From the IMG/VR virus record IMGVR_UViG_3300045988_019169, positions 1-54,809 of that record: a stretch of DNA of 54,809 nucleotides. The stretch is one strand, 5' to 3'. Shown piece by piece: positions 53,999 to 54,809 of the stretch. Each line of letters starts with the position of its first letter. Positions within the stretch are counted from its first letter, which is position 1. The translations under genes and the position numbers were made by a program. The stretch comes from a virus. The notes beneath the pieces were generated by a model. It did not search any database. It saw only the letters and a program-made list of their open reading frames with translations, and was not told where the DNA came from.

Positions 53999-54657
53999 TT
54001 ATTGACTTATGTTTAAATTCTCAAACATAGCACACATAACATCTACGACAATGCTGTTCCCGAATTGCTTATACAACTGCGTGTTGCTGTTTACTGCTGC
54101 CATTTTGGAAATATCTTCGTCTGATACTCCCATAAGCCTACCGCATTCTCTCGGTGTCAACTTGCGGATACGGTATTTGCATTTGAGCAAATTGTTATTC
54201 TGAAAACTGTTAGCAGTGATAGGTGGGCATATTTTATGTTCGCCGCCCGCGTTGAACCCTCTCGCTCTTTGCAGTATGGCTTCTTCCATCACAAGATTGT
54301 CCTTTTGCACACTTGTAAGGCAATTACTGGTCCCTTGCGTATTTACCTCTAACCTTTGTTCTGTTGGACTACCAGCGGTTCTGTCGGACGGATTATCGGG
54401 ATTTCTGCCACGCATTGCAACTATCTGACTTTCAAGGATTTTCGGCTCTCGACCGCCACCTTGCATTGTACTCAATGTCGGACTACACCTCCCCACATCA
54501 TAAATTCTGTTGGTACTCTCAAATTTTGCTTCAAGAGAGCCTATTACATTTACATCTGCCATAATTACTCCTAAATCGTGGTTTTCAGCCTTTACGCATC
54601 TTGCAATCGGATATACGCCTCTTTGAAAATCATCTGAAACTCCAGTGTATATACTAC

Positions 54658-54670
<13 letters not shown>
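53999..54670 (-). CDS. DNA (cytosine-5)-methyltransferase, C-terminal part: several TRD-like blocks plus motifs IX and X
   Basis: RIYDVGRCSPTLSTMQGGGREPKI; AMRGRNPDNP..SNCLTSVQKDN; RARGFNAGGEHKICPPITANSFQNNN; RKLTPRECGRLMGV; QFGNSIVVDV. Confidence 0.85.

Positions 54671-54809
<139 letters not shown>

Overview
The window is a complete temperate siphovirus-type phage genome of about 54.74 kb. Shine-Dalgarno sequences, TTG/GTG starts and tRNA types look Bacillota-like. The first 69 nt, CAAT(CTGT)16C, equal the last 69 nt, and a cytosine-5 DNA methyltransferase ORF on the - strand continues across that junction. The molecule is therefore circular or circularly permuted, and the assembly broke inside a tetranucleotide microsatellite within that gene. 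Almost all genes are on the - strand. Reading down from 14.2 kb, the modules are: an early/recombination module (AntA-KilAC antirepressor, Rad50-like ATPase, RecT-like protein, MBL nuclease, SSB, three homing-endonuclease genes), then the methyltransferase across the junction, then a replisome organizer, small regulators and a large serine recombinase. Next comes an 8-gene low-complexity cargo cluster and a convergent + strand cassette. These are followed by the packaging module (TerS-like gene, five tRNAs, MazG, HNH, TerL), the head module, the tail module (G/GT frameshift, 1429-aa tape measure), a 3.4-kb accessory island, the tail tip/fibre genes, a decayed tyrosine integrase and a CI-like repressor. 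The strongest lead is the methyltransferase. It carries a (GACA)n tract of at least 16 units that sets the reading frame, an 8-nt break in motif I flanked by matched GGC codons, a split at the target-recognition region, and several TRD-like blocks. All calls come from reading the sequence and the ORF track by eye; no searches were run.
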